Made by a program: the position numbers and the translations under genes | Shown: positions 1 through 9,263 of the stretch, piece by piece | How positions within the stretch are numbered: the stretch's first letter is position 1 | Layout: each line of letters starts with the position of its first letter | Assembly (NCBI GenBank): GCA_963828195.1 | Contig: CAWHDT010000001.1 | Coordinates: 1-64,000, forward strand | Reading direction: 5' to 3' | DNA: 64,000 bases | Source: Candidatus Bathyarchaeota archaeon | GTDB taxonomy: Archaea; Thermoproteota; Bathyarchaeia; Bathyarchaeales; Bathycorpusculaceae | Notes under the pieces: model-generated | Databases searched by the model: none | What the model was told of the DNA's origin: nothing | The model's input: only the letters and a program-made list of their open reading frames with translations

Positions 1-537
1 ATTTTTACGGAGTTTGGCTCCAACCAGAGCATCACACAAGCCATCGCTTTAACCAGGGGGGCAGCATACATGCAAAATAAGACTTGGGGTGACATAATAA
101 CATGGACCTACGATCAACCCCCATACATTGAGAATGGGTCAGAAATGTACAATCAACTTGTAGCAGGCTACACATCAGGGGCACAATACGAGGTAATTTT
201 CGATTATCCCCAAATCCCAGGCGACCCATATGGGATATTGACAGATCAGCATTTTGCAGCGCTTGAAAAATTCTGGAAAAACATACCGACATTAAAAGTA
301 AACAGCACAGCTGAAGCCGCATTGGTTTTACCTGAAAACTACGGGTGGGGCATGAGAAACCCGCAAGACCTGATCTGGGGAATATGGACACCCGACAGTA
401 CTTCAGCTCAAATTTGGAATATTTCGCAAAAACTCCTCGGCGAATACGGCTTAAGTCTAGATATAGTTTATCAAGATCCACAGTTTCCGGTTGAAGGAAA
501 ATTCCAGCAAATCTACTATTGGAACCAAACAATATAA
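1..537 (+). CDS. Hypothetical protein, C-terminal part (gene starts before the window)
   Basis: Frame 1 is open from base 1 (IFTEFGSNQSITQAIALTRGAAYMQNKTWG...) to TAA at 537. Confidence 0.7.
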   Translation: MFTEFGSNQSITQAIALTRGAAYMQNKTWGDIITWTYDQPPYIENGSEMYNQLVAGYTSGAQYEVIFDYPQIPGDPYGILTDQHFAALEKFWKNIPTLKVNSTAEAALVLPENYGWGMRNPQDLIWGIWTPDSTSAQIWNISQKLLGEYGLSLDIVYQDPQFPVEGKFQQIYYWNQTI

Positions 538-645
538 AAAATTATTTTAAAGAAAATCCTTTGGCGAATTTTGCTTTCTCTATGCATAGAGTCTCTTCGC
601 TGATTTTTGATCTAAAATAAAAAAAAGAAAGAGGTTGGTTTATGT

Positions 646-3396
646 TTATTTTTGCTTTACTTTATATCGTTTTCTCAGCATAAGCACTGCAAGCACTGCG
701 ATTCCGACGATGATTATCACTATTATAGCGATTCCAATACCCATGATGTCTGACTGCGTTGATGCCAAGCTTACTGGCGAAGATGAAGGCGCGGGCGATG
801 CTGGAGCACTAGCGTAGAAGGCTGCGTTTGCATAGGATCCGTAGTAGGATTGGCTGCCTGCGAAAGTTGCTGTTACCGTGTAATTGCCTGTAATGGTGGG
901 TGTCCAGCTATAGCTAAAGAAACCGCTTGGGTCAGTGGTTGTTGTTCCAATGTTATAGCAGTTTCCGTTTGAGTCGGTAACGCTGATTGTGACTGGGACT
1001 CCTGTTATGTTTGTTGGCATTGGCTGCTGCATGAACACGGATTCCATGAATTGGCTCATGCTTGCGTCAGATACGCAGGGTAAACCGTTCGGGAAGTCTG
1101 CTGCTACTGCTGCTTGTTGTGAACCAGCTGAGATGTCCATTACTGTACCTGTGATCGTCACTGGAGTGGCTGTTGTCACGCCGATGCTGGGTGCGTTTAC
1201 AGTGGTTTTGCTTGGTCCCATGCCATAGGCATAGATTTGGTTGTCATAAGCGTTGAGGGTTGTCAATATTCCATAGGCAATAACTGGGTGGCTGTCAATG
1301 TCGAAGGCATCTATGCTCCATACAAGCTGTCCGGTAGTGCAGTTGAGAGCTAGCTGTTGTGCGCCGAGGAATAGTGGTGGACTGTATTCATGTCCTTCAG
1401 CGAGGAATAGTAGTCCGTCAGCGATACCGCCTTGGGCAAAGCCCCAAAGTGGCCAAATACCATATGGACTGTTAGTTCCGCTTGGACCCTGCAGGTCAGT
1501 TGTGTTCGTGTACCAGTTGATAGCTCCAGTCAAGATGTTTATAGACCATATGTCTCCACCGAAGCCTGCAAGATACAATGTACTGCCAGCAACGTTTGCG
1601 AAGTAGCCGCCGATGCTATCATAAGGATCGAAGGGCGCAAGGTTAGTTGTCCAAAGCAAACCACCTGTAGCTAAACTGTAACCTTGAATTACACCGTTCT
1701 GATGGCTGGGTATGGTCCAAACTCCGTCTCCAACTGCAGTTCCACCGCCTGTGTTGCCGTCTTCAGTGAATGGCACCAAAGTTATGTTTTCTACCCATAG
1801 TTGTTGTCCAGTAGCCATGCTGTAGGCTGAAAAGATTCCGTATCCAGGCTGGAAGTAATTTGCTCCAGCAGAGGGATACGCAGCGCAAACAACGTCGTTG
1901 CCAGAAATAGCGCGTATTCCACCAGGTGCATAGGTGTAAGCGGGTATTGCAACTCCTGAAATGTTAGTAGCTAATGGCATTACCCATTCTAATCCGTCGG
2001 CAAATGGAATTATACCGTCTTGTGGAGGTCTCCAGTACCATCCTGAAGCCTGTGCGCTCCAAGCGCCGTTCTGAACGCATAGCGTTGAGTTCCATTCTTG
2101 CAACATAGGTCCAGTACTGACGACCGGTGTACCAACGAGGTTGCCCCCAAGGTTGCTGATGAGAGTTTGTGTGCCAGAGGTTGTTTCGTTAATGTAGTAG
2201 CCTATCAGATCTCCGCTTTGGTCAAAAGTCATCGACATCGAAGTTCCGTTAACGACGCTGAGGATGTATTGGCCAGTCTCTGCGTCAAACATGTTAAATT
2301 CGGTTCCACTGTTAGCAATTCCGGCAACGGCTCCGGTAGTCCACAGGTACGCTAAGCCTCCGTACTGGTTGGGCGATACGAAATCCAGTAATTGACCGTA
2401 CACTAGATCCGTAACTATGCCTGTCGTTGTTAGAGCAGTTTGTTCTGGTGAGCCACCGCCAAAGTTGGCTGCATTATCAATCCACACAATTTTTCCAGTG
2501 TACAAGCTTACGCAGATGTTTGCTGCGGGATTGGTTGAACTTCCCGGAAATTCAGTGTAGTAGAGGTAGCCGTTCATGACTATTTGATCGAATTTTTTCT
2601 CGTACTGCGATGTTGAATAGTAGTTGCCGTAGGTAGTTGTGCCGCCGTATTGTCCGCCAAGGACACCGCCGAACGCTTCAGGGGTAGTCCACATGATGTG
2701 TGCTGTCATTGGCGCTAAAGTGTAGGGATTATAATTTGAACTGATGTTGTACATGCCGCCGCCGCTTGTGCTGTAACCGTTGGTGAAAAGCGAAGCGCCG
2801 CCAAGAACATACCAGTTGTTGACGTTCATTGCGTTTATCGGGGTCTGCCAGTAACTTGATGGAAGCGGAGCCACTGAAACTCCTCCGACTGGCTGCTGCT
2901 GCACTGTCATCGTTGCCACGTTACTAGTGGCAGGCAAATAATAATCGCCGATGTACTGTGTTATAGTGGAAGCGTAGCCTGTTGGCGGAGGATTAGTGCC
3001 AAGCAAAGTTTGTCCTGGAAAACTCATTTGGAAACTGTATGTCCCAAGCTCAGTTGGCGTGTACTGATCATGCGTTCCTCCTGTGTCATCAGCAGTAAAC
3101 GGACCTAACTTCGCAGTGGTTCCATCTGGCAGCGTAACCGTCACCATGAAACCTGTCCATCTGTCTCCATAAGGACCAGTCGCTGTGGGTGTCGGTTCGT
3201 TCAGCCAAAAGCCAATGTTAACCGGTTGGTTGATTCCGTCAGGGTTAGTTCCAACGTTACAGAACGCAAAAAGCTGAATATTGAGTGGTGCTGGTGCTGC
3301 ACTCGCACGCGGTGTTAAAACCATCGATGCACTCATAGATAGTGTTAGAAACAAAGCAATTGTTATGGCTAAAGTTTTATTTTTTAGATTTTGCAT
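646..3396 (-). CDS. Secreted, C-terminally membrane-anchored PQQ-like beta-propeller repeat surface protein
   Basis: Signal peptide; repeated 'TG..LW' propeller motifs (ATGQQLW, ATGGLLW, LTGAINW, TTGQLVW); Ig-like C-terminal domain; TM helix and basic tail. Confidence 0.8.
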   Translation of the reverse strand: MQNLKNKTLAITIALFLTLSMSASMVLTPRASAAPAPLNIQLFAFCNVGTNPDGINQPVNIGFWLNEPTPTATGPYGDRWTGFMVTVTLPDGTTAKLGPFTADDTGGTHDQYTPTELGTYSFQMSFPGQTLLGTNPPPTGYASTITQYIGDYYLPATSNVATMTVQQQPVGGVSVAPLPSSYWQTPINAMNVNNWYVLGGASLFTNGYSTSGGGMYNISSNYNPYTLAPMTAHIMWTTPEAFGGVLGGQYGGTTTYGNYYSTSQYEKKFDQIVMNGYLYYTEFPGSSTNPAANICVSLYTGKIVWIDNAANFGGGSPEQTALTTTGIVTDLVYGQLLDFVSPNQYGGLAYLWTTGAVAGIANSGTEFNMFDAETGQYILSVVNGTSMSMTFDQSGDLIGYYINETTSGTQTLISNLGGNLVGTPVVSTGPMLQEWNSTLCVQNGAWSAQASGWYWRPPQDGIIPFADGLEWVMPLATNISGVAIPAYTYAPGGIRAISGNDVVCAAYPSAGANYFQPGYGIFSAYSMATGQQLWVENITLVPFTEDGNTGGGTAVGDGVWTIPSHQNGVIQGYSLATGGLLWTTNLAPFDPYDSIGGYFANVAGSTLYLAGFGGDIWSINILTGAINWYTNTTDLQGPSGTNSPYGIWPLWGFAQGGIADGLLFLAEGHEYSPPLFLGAQQLALNCTTGQLVWSIDAFDIDSHPVIAYGILTTLNAYDNQIYAYGMGPSKTTVNAPSIGVTTATPVTITGTVMDISAGSQQAAVAADFPNGLPCVSDASMSQFMESVFMQQPMPTNITGVPVTISVTDSNGNCYNIGTTTTDPSGFFSYSWTPTITGNYTVTATFAGSQSYYGSYANAAFYASAPASPAPSSSPVSLASTQSDIMGIGIAIIVIIIVGIAVLAVLMLRKRYKVKQK

Positions 3397-3480
3397 TTTT
3401 CTTTTCTCCTAAATCTTGTTAACGAGAAGTATAGCCTCTCGTAAGAGAGACTTTTGCAACTTGAATTTATAAAGCTTGGG

Positions 3481-3510
3481 GGAAAAACAGGGAAAAACAG
3501 GGAAAAACAT
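3481..3510. repeat. Three tandem 10-bp repeats GGAAAAACAG upstream of the surface-protein gene
   Basis: ggaaaaacag ggaaaaacag ggaaaaacat. Confidence 0.7.
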
Positions 3511-3837
3511 TTTCGAAAGCTTGTGATTTGAACTGAATATTTTGCCTTTCACAAAGATTAAAAGAAGGTAAAGGGGTTGCTTGATTAGCATTGCCCCCAT
3601 GAAAATAACCTTGAAAAAACCAAAGTTGTAACCGTTTTTTAGGGAAACTGTTTGTTTTGCTTCTTACCTAGCGTATTAACCTTGTTCTAAAAACATGTAT
3701 CAACGTCAACCAAAGGATTAATAGCTTGACTTGAGCTGAGAAATGGGCGCTTTACTGGCTGCAGGACAAGTTTGTCCGCACATAATTTATAGTACTTTAG
3801 CAGACTAAGTATTATCACTCTTTTGCGGTGCTTAAAG

Positions 3838-4821
3838 ATGAATGCGAAAAATGTGCTTGAACTTATCGGCAACACGCCAATGGTGGAAATAAGACGTTTG
3901 AATCCTAACCCTAATGTTCAGATATACGTTAAGTTGGAAAAATGCAACCCGGGCGGGTCAGTTAAAGACCGAATCGCCAAATACATGATTGAGGAAGCAG
4001 AAAAATCGGGGCAGCTGACAGCCGCCAAAACGGTGATTGAACCCACAAGTGGAAACACAGGCATCGGGTTGGCTTTGGTGTGCCGCGCTAAAGGCTACGA
4101 TTTGATGCTTGTTATGCCCGAGACCATGACGTTGGAGAGGCGCCAAATCCTGATTTCGATGGGAGCCAAGATTGTGCTAAGCGACGGATCCAAGGGGATG
4201 GATGGAGCGGAAGACTTAGCGCATGAAATAGTCAAACGCAATCCAAACAAATATTTCATGCCTAACCAGTTTGCAAACAAAGCAAATGTCAACGCTCATT
4301 ACCAAACCACAGGTGAGGAAATATGGCGGGATACAGACGGGCAGGTCACTCACTTCTTTGCCGGCGTAGGAACCACAGGCACATTAATGGGTGTCTCAAA
4401 ATGTCTCAAAGAGCACAACCCCGCCGTGAAAGTCATAGGGATTCAGCCTGAGCCAGGCACAGCGATTCAAGGCTTGAAGGACCTCAAAAACCAGTACGTG
4501 CCAGCAATCTGGATCAACACCTTGGTTGATGAAATCTGTTACGTGAACCCAAGGGACGCTGAGGAAGCTTCTCGGCTGCTTACATTGCAAGAAGGAATTT
4601 TTGTAGGTCCAAGTTCAGGAGCCATTTTCCACATCGCACAAGCCAAAGCAAAAGAAATCGAGAAAGGCGTCTTCGTTGCCATTGCTCCTGACGGCGGCGA
4701 AAAATACTTAAGCACCACTCTCTGTGACCCCGTTCTCTGTTTAGAATGCGTGAAGAAGTATGGGCTCCAATGTTCGTACAAAGATGGCCGCCCAATTGTG
4801 AAGGGAGAAACTTCGCCATAG
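3838..4821 (+). CDS. cysM: Cysteine synthase family (CysK/CysM-like PLP enzyme) with Cys-rich C-terminal tail
   Basis: IGNTP, NPGGSVKDR, EPTSGNTG, GVGTTGT, GPSSGA, DGGEKYLS motifs. Confidence 0.85.
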   Translation: MNAKNVLELIGNTPMVEIRRLNPNPNVQIYVKLEKCNPGGSVKDRIAKYMIEEAEKSGQLTAAKTVIEPTSGNTGIGLALVCRAKGYDLMLVMPETMTLERRQILISMGAKIVLSDGSKGMDGAEDLAHEIVKRNPNKYFMPNQFANKANVNAHYQTTGEEIWRDTDGQVTHFFAGVGTTGTLMGVSKCLKEHNPAVKVIGIQPEPGTAIQGLKDLKNQYVPAIWINTLVDEICYVNPRDAEEASRLLTLQEGIFVGPSSGAIFHIAQAKAKEIEKGVFVAIAPDGGEKYLSTTLCDPVLCLECVKKYGLQCSYKDGRPIVKGETSP

Positions 4822-4850
4822 AACACGATTTCTCGTAAGTTGAAAATTAA

Positions 4851-4868
4851 TGGCGGGCGGGGAGGGAT
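4851..4868 (-). repeat. tRNA 3'-end remnant (att-like)
   Basis: Reverse complement ATCCCTC-CCCGCCC-G-CCA reads as T-stem 3' half, acceptor strand, discriminator and CCA. Confidence 0.5.
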
Positions 4869-4969
4869 GCGCTTAGGAATCAGACTGCGTCAAAACTCAG
4901 CGCTAAAGCCTAAAAGCATCTATCCCTCAAGCTATTGCTCGGAATCCTTTGTCACTTGTTTTCGCTTTT

Positions 4970-6442
4970 TTATGACTTCACCAAGCTTATTAGCATTCCA
5001 ACTCCAAGAATGTTGATGACTCTTCTCATATTGTAAGCCAGCATCGTGAATCCGACCTCTCCGTTCACCTTCCTCAGGCCTTTGAGCAACAGGTATGCCT
5101 GATTGAACGCCCTTTTCATCGTGCCGAACGGGTGCTCGACAATCTCCTTTCTCCTCTTGAGCTTGCCAGATCCCTCATCGCTCTTGAGCCTCGCCCTGAG
5201 CCTGTCGATGACATCCTGATACTCCGACCTGAAAATTATCCTGCCCTGCTTGCTCCTCGTACATCTGCTCCTGAGAGGACATGCGGCGCACGCTGCTGTC
5301 CTGTATAGCCTGCCGCGGTTCTTCCATCTGCCCTTCCAGAAGCCCATCACCTGATTGGCGGGACAGACGTATACGTCTCTGAGAGGATCATACGCAAATC
5401 TTTGCGAGTAGAATTCAGGCGCTGGTACTCCCAACTTCTTGTTGGGCATGGTCTCTTCCGGTATGGCGACGTATGCGGTTATCCCATTCTCCTCACATTT
5501 CTTCAGCTCACTCCCTGTACAGAATCCCTTGTCTGCCGTAACATCCAGCTTCTCCACCTCCAGAATCATCTTCGCTTTCTGAGCCATTCCTGCGAGTTGG
5601 TACCTGTCGTTGGCGTCATTTGTGATGTCGTAATCGACCACAAGGTGGTTCTTGGAGTCTACTGCAGACTCAACATTGTAACAGACATCCAACTTCTGAC
5701 TGTCGGTCATCATCAGTCTGCTGTCAGGGTCGGTGAGGGAGACCTCCTTCTGCCCTGTCTCCATCATCAAATTCTGAGACCGGACATACTCCTGCTTCTT
5801 CTCTTCAAGCTCGGCGAGCTTCTCCCTTAACCTGTCGATCTTCACAGCGGCGGTACTGCTATCATCGTCCTTAACCTCCTGTTCAGCCTCGTCGTTCTCC
5901 TCCAAGTTCTTCAGGTACTGAGCTATCTTATCTTCGACGCGCTTCAACCTCTCTGGTAACGTCTTCTCGTTGAGGTTCCTCTTTGTGGAGTTCACGGCCT
6001 TGAACTTGCTCCCGTCTATGGCGACGAGCTGGGCATCGTAGAGATCTAGTGAGCGGCAGAGGTAGACGAACTCCTTGAACACGGGTTTGATGCAGCCGAC
6101 GTTGTCTTTGCGGAAGTCAGCGATGGTTTTATGGTCAGGGGTGAGTTTCTTCATTAGCCACATCACTTCAACGTTTCTGTGGCATTCTCTTTCGAGTTTT
6201 CGGCTTGACCTTATCTGATTCAGGTAGCCGTAGACATACAGCTTGAGCAAGTCTGATGGGTTGTAGGGCGGTCTTCCTTCCTCGTTTGGGATGGAGTGTT
6301 TGAAGCCGAGCTTTTCCAAATTGAGGCTGTCGATGAAAGCGTCTATGAACCTGACTGGATTTTCCCTGTCAACGTAGTCATCAAGTTTGTCTGGGAAGAG
6401 TACGGTTTGGTCTCGGTGTGTTCCGTTTATGTGCTCGCTCAT
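4970..6442 (-). CDS. IS1182-family DDE transposase
   Basis: GRPPYNP..LLKLYVYGY, SSRKLE, PDHKTIADFR, AIDGSK, TDPDSRLM, ADKG, CP..C..C..C, VEHPFGTMK motifs. Confidence 0.93.
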   Translation of the reverse strand: MSEHINGTHRDQTVLFPDKLDDYVDRENPVRFIDAFIDSLNLEKLGFKHSIPNEEGRPPYNPSDLLKLYVYGYLNQIRSSRKLERECHRNVEVMWLMKKLTPDHKTIADFRKDNVGCIKPVFKEFVYLCRSLDLYDAQLVAIDGSKFKAVNSTKRNLNEKTLPERLKRVEDKIAQYLKNLEENDEAEQEVKDDDSSTAAVKIDRLREKLAELEEKKQEYVRSQNLMMETGQKEVSLTDPDSRLMMTDSQKLDVCYNVESAVDSKNHLVVDYDITNDANDRYQLAGMAQKAKMILEVEKLDVTADKGFCTGSELKKCEENGITAYVAIPEETMPNKKLGVPAPEFYSQRFAYDPLRDVYVCPANQVMGFWKGRWKNRGRLYRTAACAACPLRSRCTRSKQGRIIFRSEYQDVIDRLRARLKSDEGSGKLKRRKEIVEHPFGTMKRAFNQAYLLLKGLRKVNGEVGFTMLAYNMRRVINILGVGMLISLVKS

Positions 6443-6648
6443 GGTTGTTCGCTTTCCTTGTTGTCAGTTTCCGCGGTTGGTTGCCAGGGCTCGTTTGTTA
6501 TGATGAGGTAGGCGGTTTTTCCGAGGTATTCCTTTGGGCAGGTTACTTTGGCGCCAGTTCCGTGAGGAGTGACTTTTCTCTTGACGAAGCCGACGATTCC
6601 TTTCACAGTTAGCTCGTTGGTGGTTTGAAAATTAACTTTCCTTGGCAT
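6439..6648 (-). CDS. DUF2080-like transposon-associated small protein
   Basis: KVTPHGTGAKVTCPKEYLGKTAYLII signature; 4-bp overlap with the transposase start; lies inside the TIRs. Confidence 0.75.
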   Translation of the reverse strand: MPRKVNFQTTNELTVKGIVGFVKRKVTPHGTGAKVTCPKEYLGKTAYLIITNEPWQPTAETDNKESEQP

Positions 6649-6759
6649 AGTGCTCTATTAGAGCTATTACGTATTTATGTTTATTGCTCCCTCAAAAATC
6701 TATGGAGTTTTCGCACAGTCTGTTATTTAAGCGAATCCTTTATTTTAACCATAAACGAA

Positions 6760-6788
6760 TGGGGCCACTGGGATTTGAACCCTAGGAC
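6760..6788 (-). repeat. tRNA 3'-end remnant (T-arm + acceptor strand), att-like
   Basis: Reverse complement GTCCTAGGGTTCAAATCCCAGTGGCCCCA; 15 bp (CTGGGATTTGAACCC on +) identical to the tRNA-Arg T-arm. Confidence 0.7.
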
Positions 6789-6790
6789 AA

Positions 6791-6991
6791 GTGGAGATAT
6801 CTCCCGCACAATTCCGCAGACTTGTGTTTTTTCTTAGGAAGATTGGAGTTGGTTTGGTGGGTGAGCCTTTGGGTGAACCTGTGGCTTGGATAGGGCCAAT
6901 TGTCATGAACACCGAGGCAGAATTAGAGGAGGCTTTCAAAGAGTTGGAGTCAGGAACTTTCATCAAGCCAAAAAAGGCTTTTGGACACTAA
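6791..6991 (+). pseudogene. Pirin C-terminal fragment
   Basis: GEPLGEPVAWIGPIVMNTEAELEEAFKELESGTF is the pirin C-terminal motif; the N-terminal cupin domain is absent. Confidence 0.75.
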
Positions 6992-7034
6992 AAAAAGGGG
7001 CAACTAGAGTTTACTTTTTTCCTCGAGCAGGAGA

Positions 7035-7730
7035 TTACTTTACGACAGCTTGATCAGTAGAGGGTTCATCAAAGGTGATTCTTGCCCTTTGCTGAGCGTC
7101 TCTTACAAGCGGGGAGTTTGGCGCAGTAAAAATCTCTGAAAACTCTTTCGCTGTGGCAAGCCGGTTCCAGTCCCGCTGCAACTCACAAGCAAATTGGGCC
7201 CACGAAATGTTTTGGCTGCCAGCTTGAACTAAGCGCTGCAGGGCAGTCTCGTGTGCAATTACTGATGTTCCTCCTACAGCATCGACAACTGGGTACACTT
7301 CGTAACCTTCTTTTAAAGCATCAAGGCCAGGAAAAGTCAGGCATGCTTCTGTCCATAAGGCGCACATAACCAGTTTTTTACGTTTAGTCGCTTTTACTGC
7401 TTCGTTGAAGTCCTTATCTTCCCAGGCGTTGATTTGTGTTCTATCAAGTTCCAATTGTTGAGGGAGCACTTTTTTAAGTGGGGGAATTGTGGGCTGATTA
7501 TAACCTGTTTTTACGTTAACTGTTGACAAAACAATGGGCAAGCCGAATATTTTGGCAGTCGTTGCCACTCTAACTATGTTGTCGACAAGGAGCTGTCGGT
7601 CCATAGATACAATTGAATTTACCTGAGTTGGTTGGTAGTCAATGATAATTAATGCTGAGTTCTTGGGGGTTAATAGATGGTCATTTGTTTGGTCTCTTAC
7701 GGGAAAACTTGTCATAACTTTTTTCTCCAA
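7035..7730 (-). CDS. Isochorismatase-family (YcaC-like) hydrolase
   Basis: LIIIDYQP, INAWED, ALWTEAC, VVDAVGG motifs. Confidence 0.85.
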   Translation of the reverse strand: MEKKVMTSFPVRDQTNDHLLTPKNSALIIIDYQPTQVNSIVSMDRQLLVDNIVRVATTAKIFGLPIVLSTVNVKTGYNQPTIPPLKKVLPQQLELDRTQINAWEDKDFNEAVKATKRKKLVMCALWTEACLTFPGLDALKEGYEVYPVVDAVGGTSVIAHETALQRLVQAGSQNISWAQFACELQRDWNRLATAKEFSEIFTAPNSPLVRDAQQRARITFDEPSTDQAVVK

Positions 7731-7895
7731 TCAGTTCTATCTATCGAACGACCGAAAAAAATATTTAAGGTTTCCATAACCTATACCAAAGTGAGTAATC
7801 TATGAGAAAGAAGCTGTTTTTAATGGAATTTACTTTATTAATAGCTACATACTTTACTTATTAAAGCGGATAGTTTTAGAAATGGTAGCTTCTGA

Positions 7896-8336
7896 GTGAT
7901 TTTAATGGCTGCAGTTGATTATCATAGTTTGAATAAAGAAACCAAAAAACAACTGGTTGATCGAACCGTAGTTATTGTGGGGGACAAATGGAGCCTTCAT
8001 GTGCTTGGCAACCTCGCGTTTGAGGCGAGTCCCCTTAGATTTAATCAGTTGATGGAAAAATTAAGACCGATCAGTTCAAGAACACTGTCTTCTAAACTTG
8101 CAAAGCTTGTTGAGAATGGAATTGTTAGGAAAGAGATAGAGAATGCTTCACCGCCATACACTAAATATTCTCTTACCGAGAAGGGTGTGGATTTGGTAAG
8201 GGCTTTGGAAGCAATGGCTGAATGGAACATGAAATGGTATGGGCTGCCTAAGCCTAATCCTCTGCGAAACATTGTGGGGTTTGGGGATGACGACACATTC
8301 TACAAGTCAATAAACGCTAAATTTCCCCCGAAGTAA
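7896..8336 (+). CDS. HxlR-family winged-helix transcriptional regulator
   Basis: GDKWSL..L, RFNQL, ISSRTLS.KL..L...GIV, YSLTEKG; divergent from the hydrolase. Confidence 0.85.
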   Translation: MILMAAVDYHSLNKETKKQLVDRTVVIVGDKWSLHVLGNLAFEASPLRFNQLMEKLRPISSRTLSSKLAKLVENGIVRKEIENASPPYTKYSLTEKGVDLVRALEAMAEWNMKWYGLPKPNPLRNIVGFGDDDTFYKSINAKFPPK

Positions 8337-8353
8337 AGATCTAGGCCAAAAAG

Positions 8354-8396
8354 CGGGATTTTCTTGGAAGGAAATTGGTTTTCCTTGAAAAACCCG
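8354..8396. terminator. Imperfect hairpin between convergent genes
   Basis: CGGGATTTTC...GAAAAACCCG outer stem with inner AAGGAAA/TTTCCTT. Confidence 0.35.
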
Positions 8397-8497
8397 AAGG
8401 CCTGAGGGAGGTTGGAGACGACGATTCCAGTTAAGGACCTTACTGAAAATCATTAAGAACCTCAAGCCTTATCTTTTTCTAGACGCACCTAATTTTT

Positions 8498-9205
8498 TTA
8501 TTTCAAGGATTCGTCGCCGTCGTTGAATCCTTCATCTATATGGGACCCATCACAGAATGGCTTATTCTGGGATTTACCGCATCGACAAAGGGTTTGACGA
8601 TTCCGAACTTCATATGTAGTTCCATCAGAACACTCCACAGGTATCCGGCCCTTAAGCCAAATTGGACCGCTCACTTCATTCTGCGGATCCTCCACAAGAC
8701 TTATTGACTGCTTAAACTCTTTCTCGAAAACCTTCCCTGTTCTCTTATCACTTTCCACGAGCCTACCTGAAGGACACTGGCATGCTTCTTCAACGGCTAA
8801 CTCGCTGGCTTTAGGGTCATCAGACTGATGTGTTAATCCCCAAGTTCCTCCACCTCTGTGGCAAAATCTAGCGCCAGCACACAACGCAGACGCATCCTTA
8901 AGTCGCAATGTAGGGCCGTCAATGACCTGCGCTTGCTTGTCATGGGGTTTTTTGACTGCGGTTTCAGTTCCGTCAAAATCAATTTTTGTGTGTGTTCCAT
9001 CGCAGAACGGTTTGTTGTTTGATTCTCCGCAACGACAGAGTAAACAGGGTTGATTGGAGGGTACATTTTTGCCTTTAAGCCATTTTTCAGGCTCACCTTC
9101 GTTTCCGGTTGCTATGATCTGTTTATCTATGGGCAGGTTTCCCGAAACCAGGTAGGGTCCGTCTTTTGTAATCATTATTTTCGGATCTTTCTCGCCGTCT
9201 TTCAT
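8498..9205 (-). CDS. Double CDGSH iron-sulfur domain protein with a central Cys-rich ferredoxin-like region
   Basis: LCRCGESNNKPFCDGTH and LCRCGKSQNKPFCDGSH; central CAGARFC...CPSG. Confidence 0.88.
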   Translation of the reverse strand: MKDGEKDPKIMITKDGPYLVSGNLPIDKQIIATGNEGEPEKWLKGKNVPSNQPCLLCRCGESNNKPFCDGTHTKIDFDGTETAVKKPHDKQAQVIDGPTLRLKDASALCAGARFCHRGGGTWGLTHQSDDPKASELAVEEACQCPSGRLVESDKRTGKVFEKEFKQSISLVEDPQNEVSGPIWLKGRIPVECSDGTTYEVRNRQTLCRCGKSQNKPFCDGSHIDEGFNDGDESLK

Positions 9206-9263
9206 TGAATTTTTGCCTTCCTTTTTTATTTACTTCATCACCTTTTAAAGCTCCAAAAAAGTC

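Larger units (their letters stand above)
4881..6722 (-). mobile_element. IS1182-family insertion sequence with 18-bp imperfect terminal inverted repeats
   Basis: Left TIR CAGACTGCGTCAAAACTC (4881-4898) vs reverse complement of 6705-6722 CAGACTGTGCGAAAACTC, 15/18 match; encloses the transposase and a small ORF. Confidence 0.88.

Noticed and set aside
989-2355. Antisense ORFs within the surface-protein gene (and similar shadow ORFs throughout the window)
   Set aside because: They overlap well-supported genes on the opposite strand and carry no recognisable motifs
6760-6788. Possible split-tRNA 3' half
   Set aside because: It covers only the T-arm and acceptor strand, has an extra base in the T-stem, and shows no anticodon half or complementary leader; an att remnant fits better
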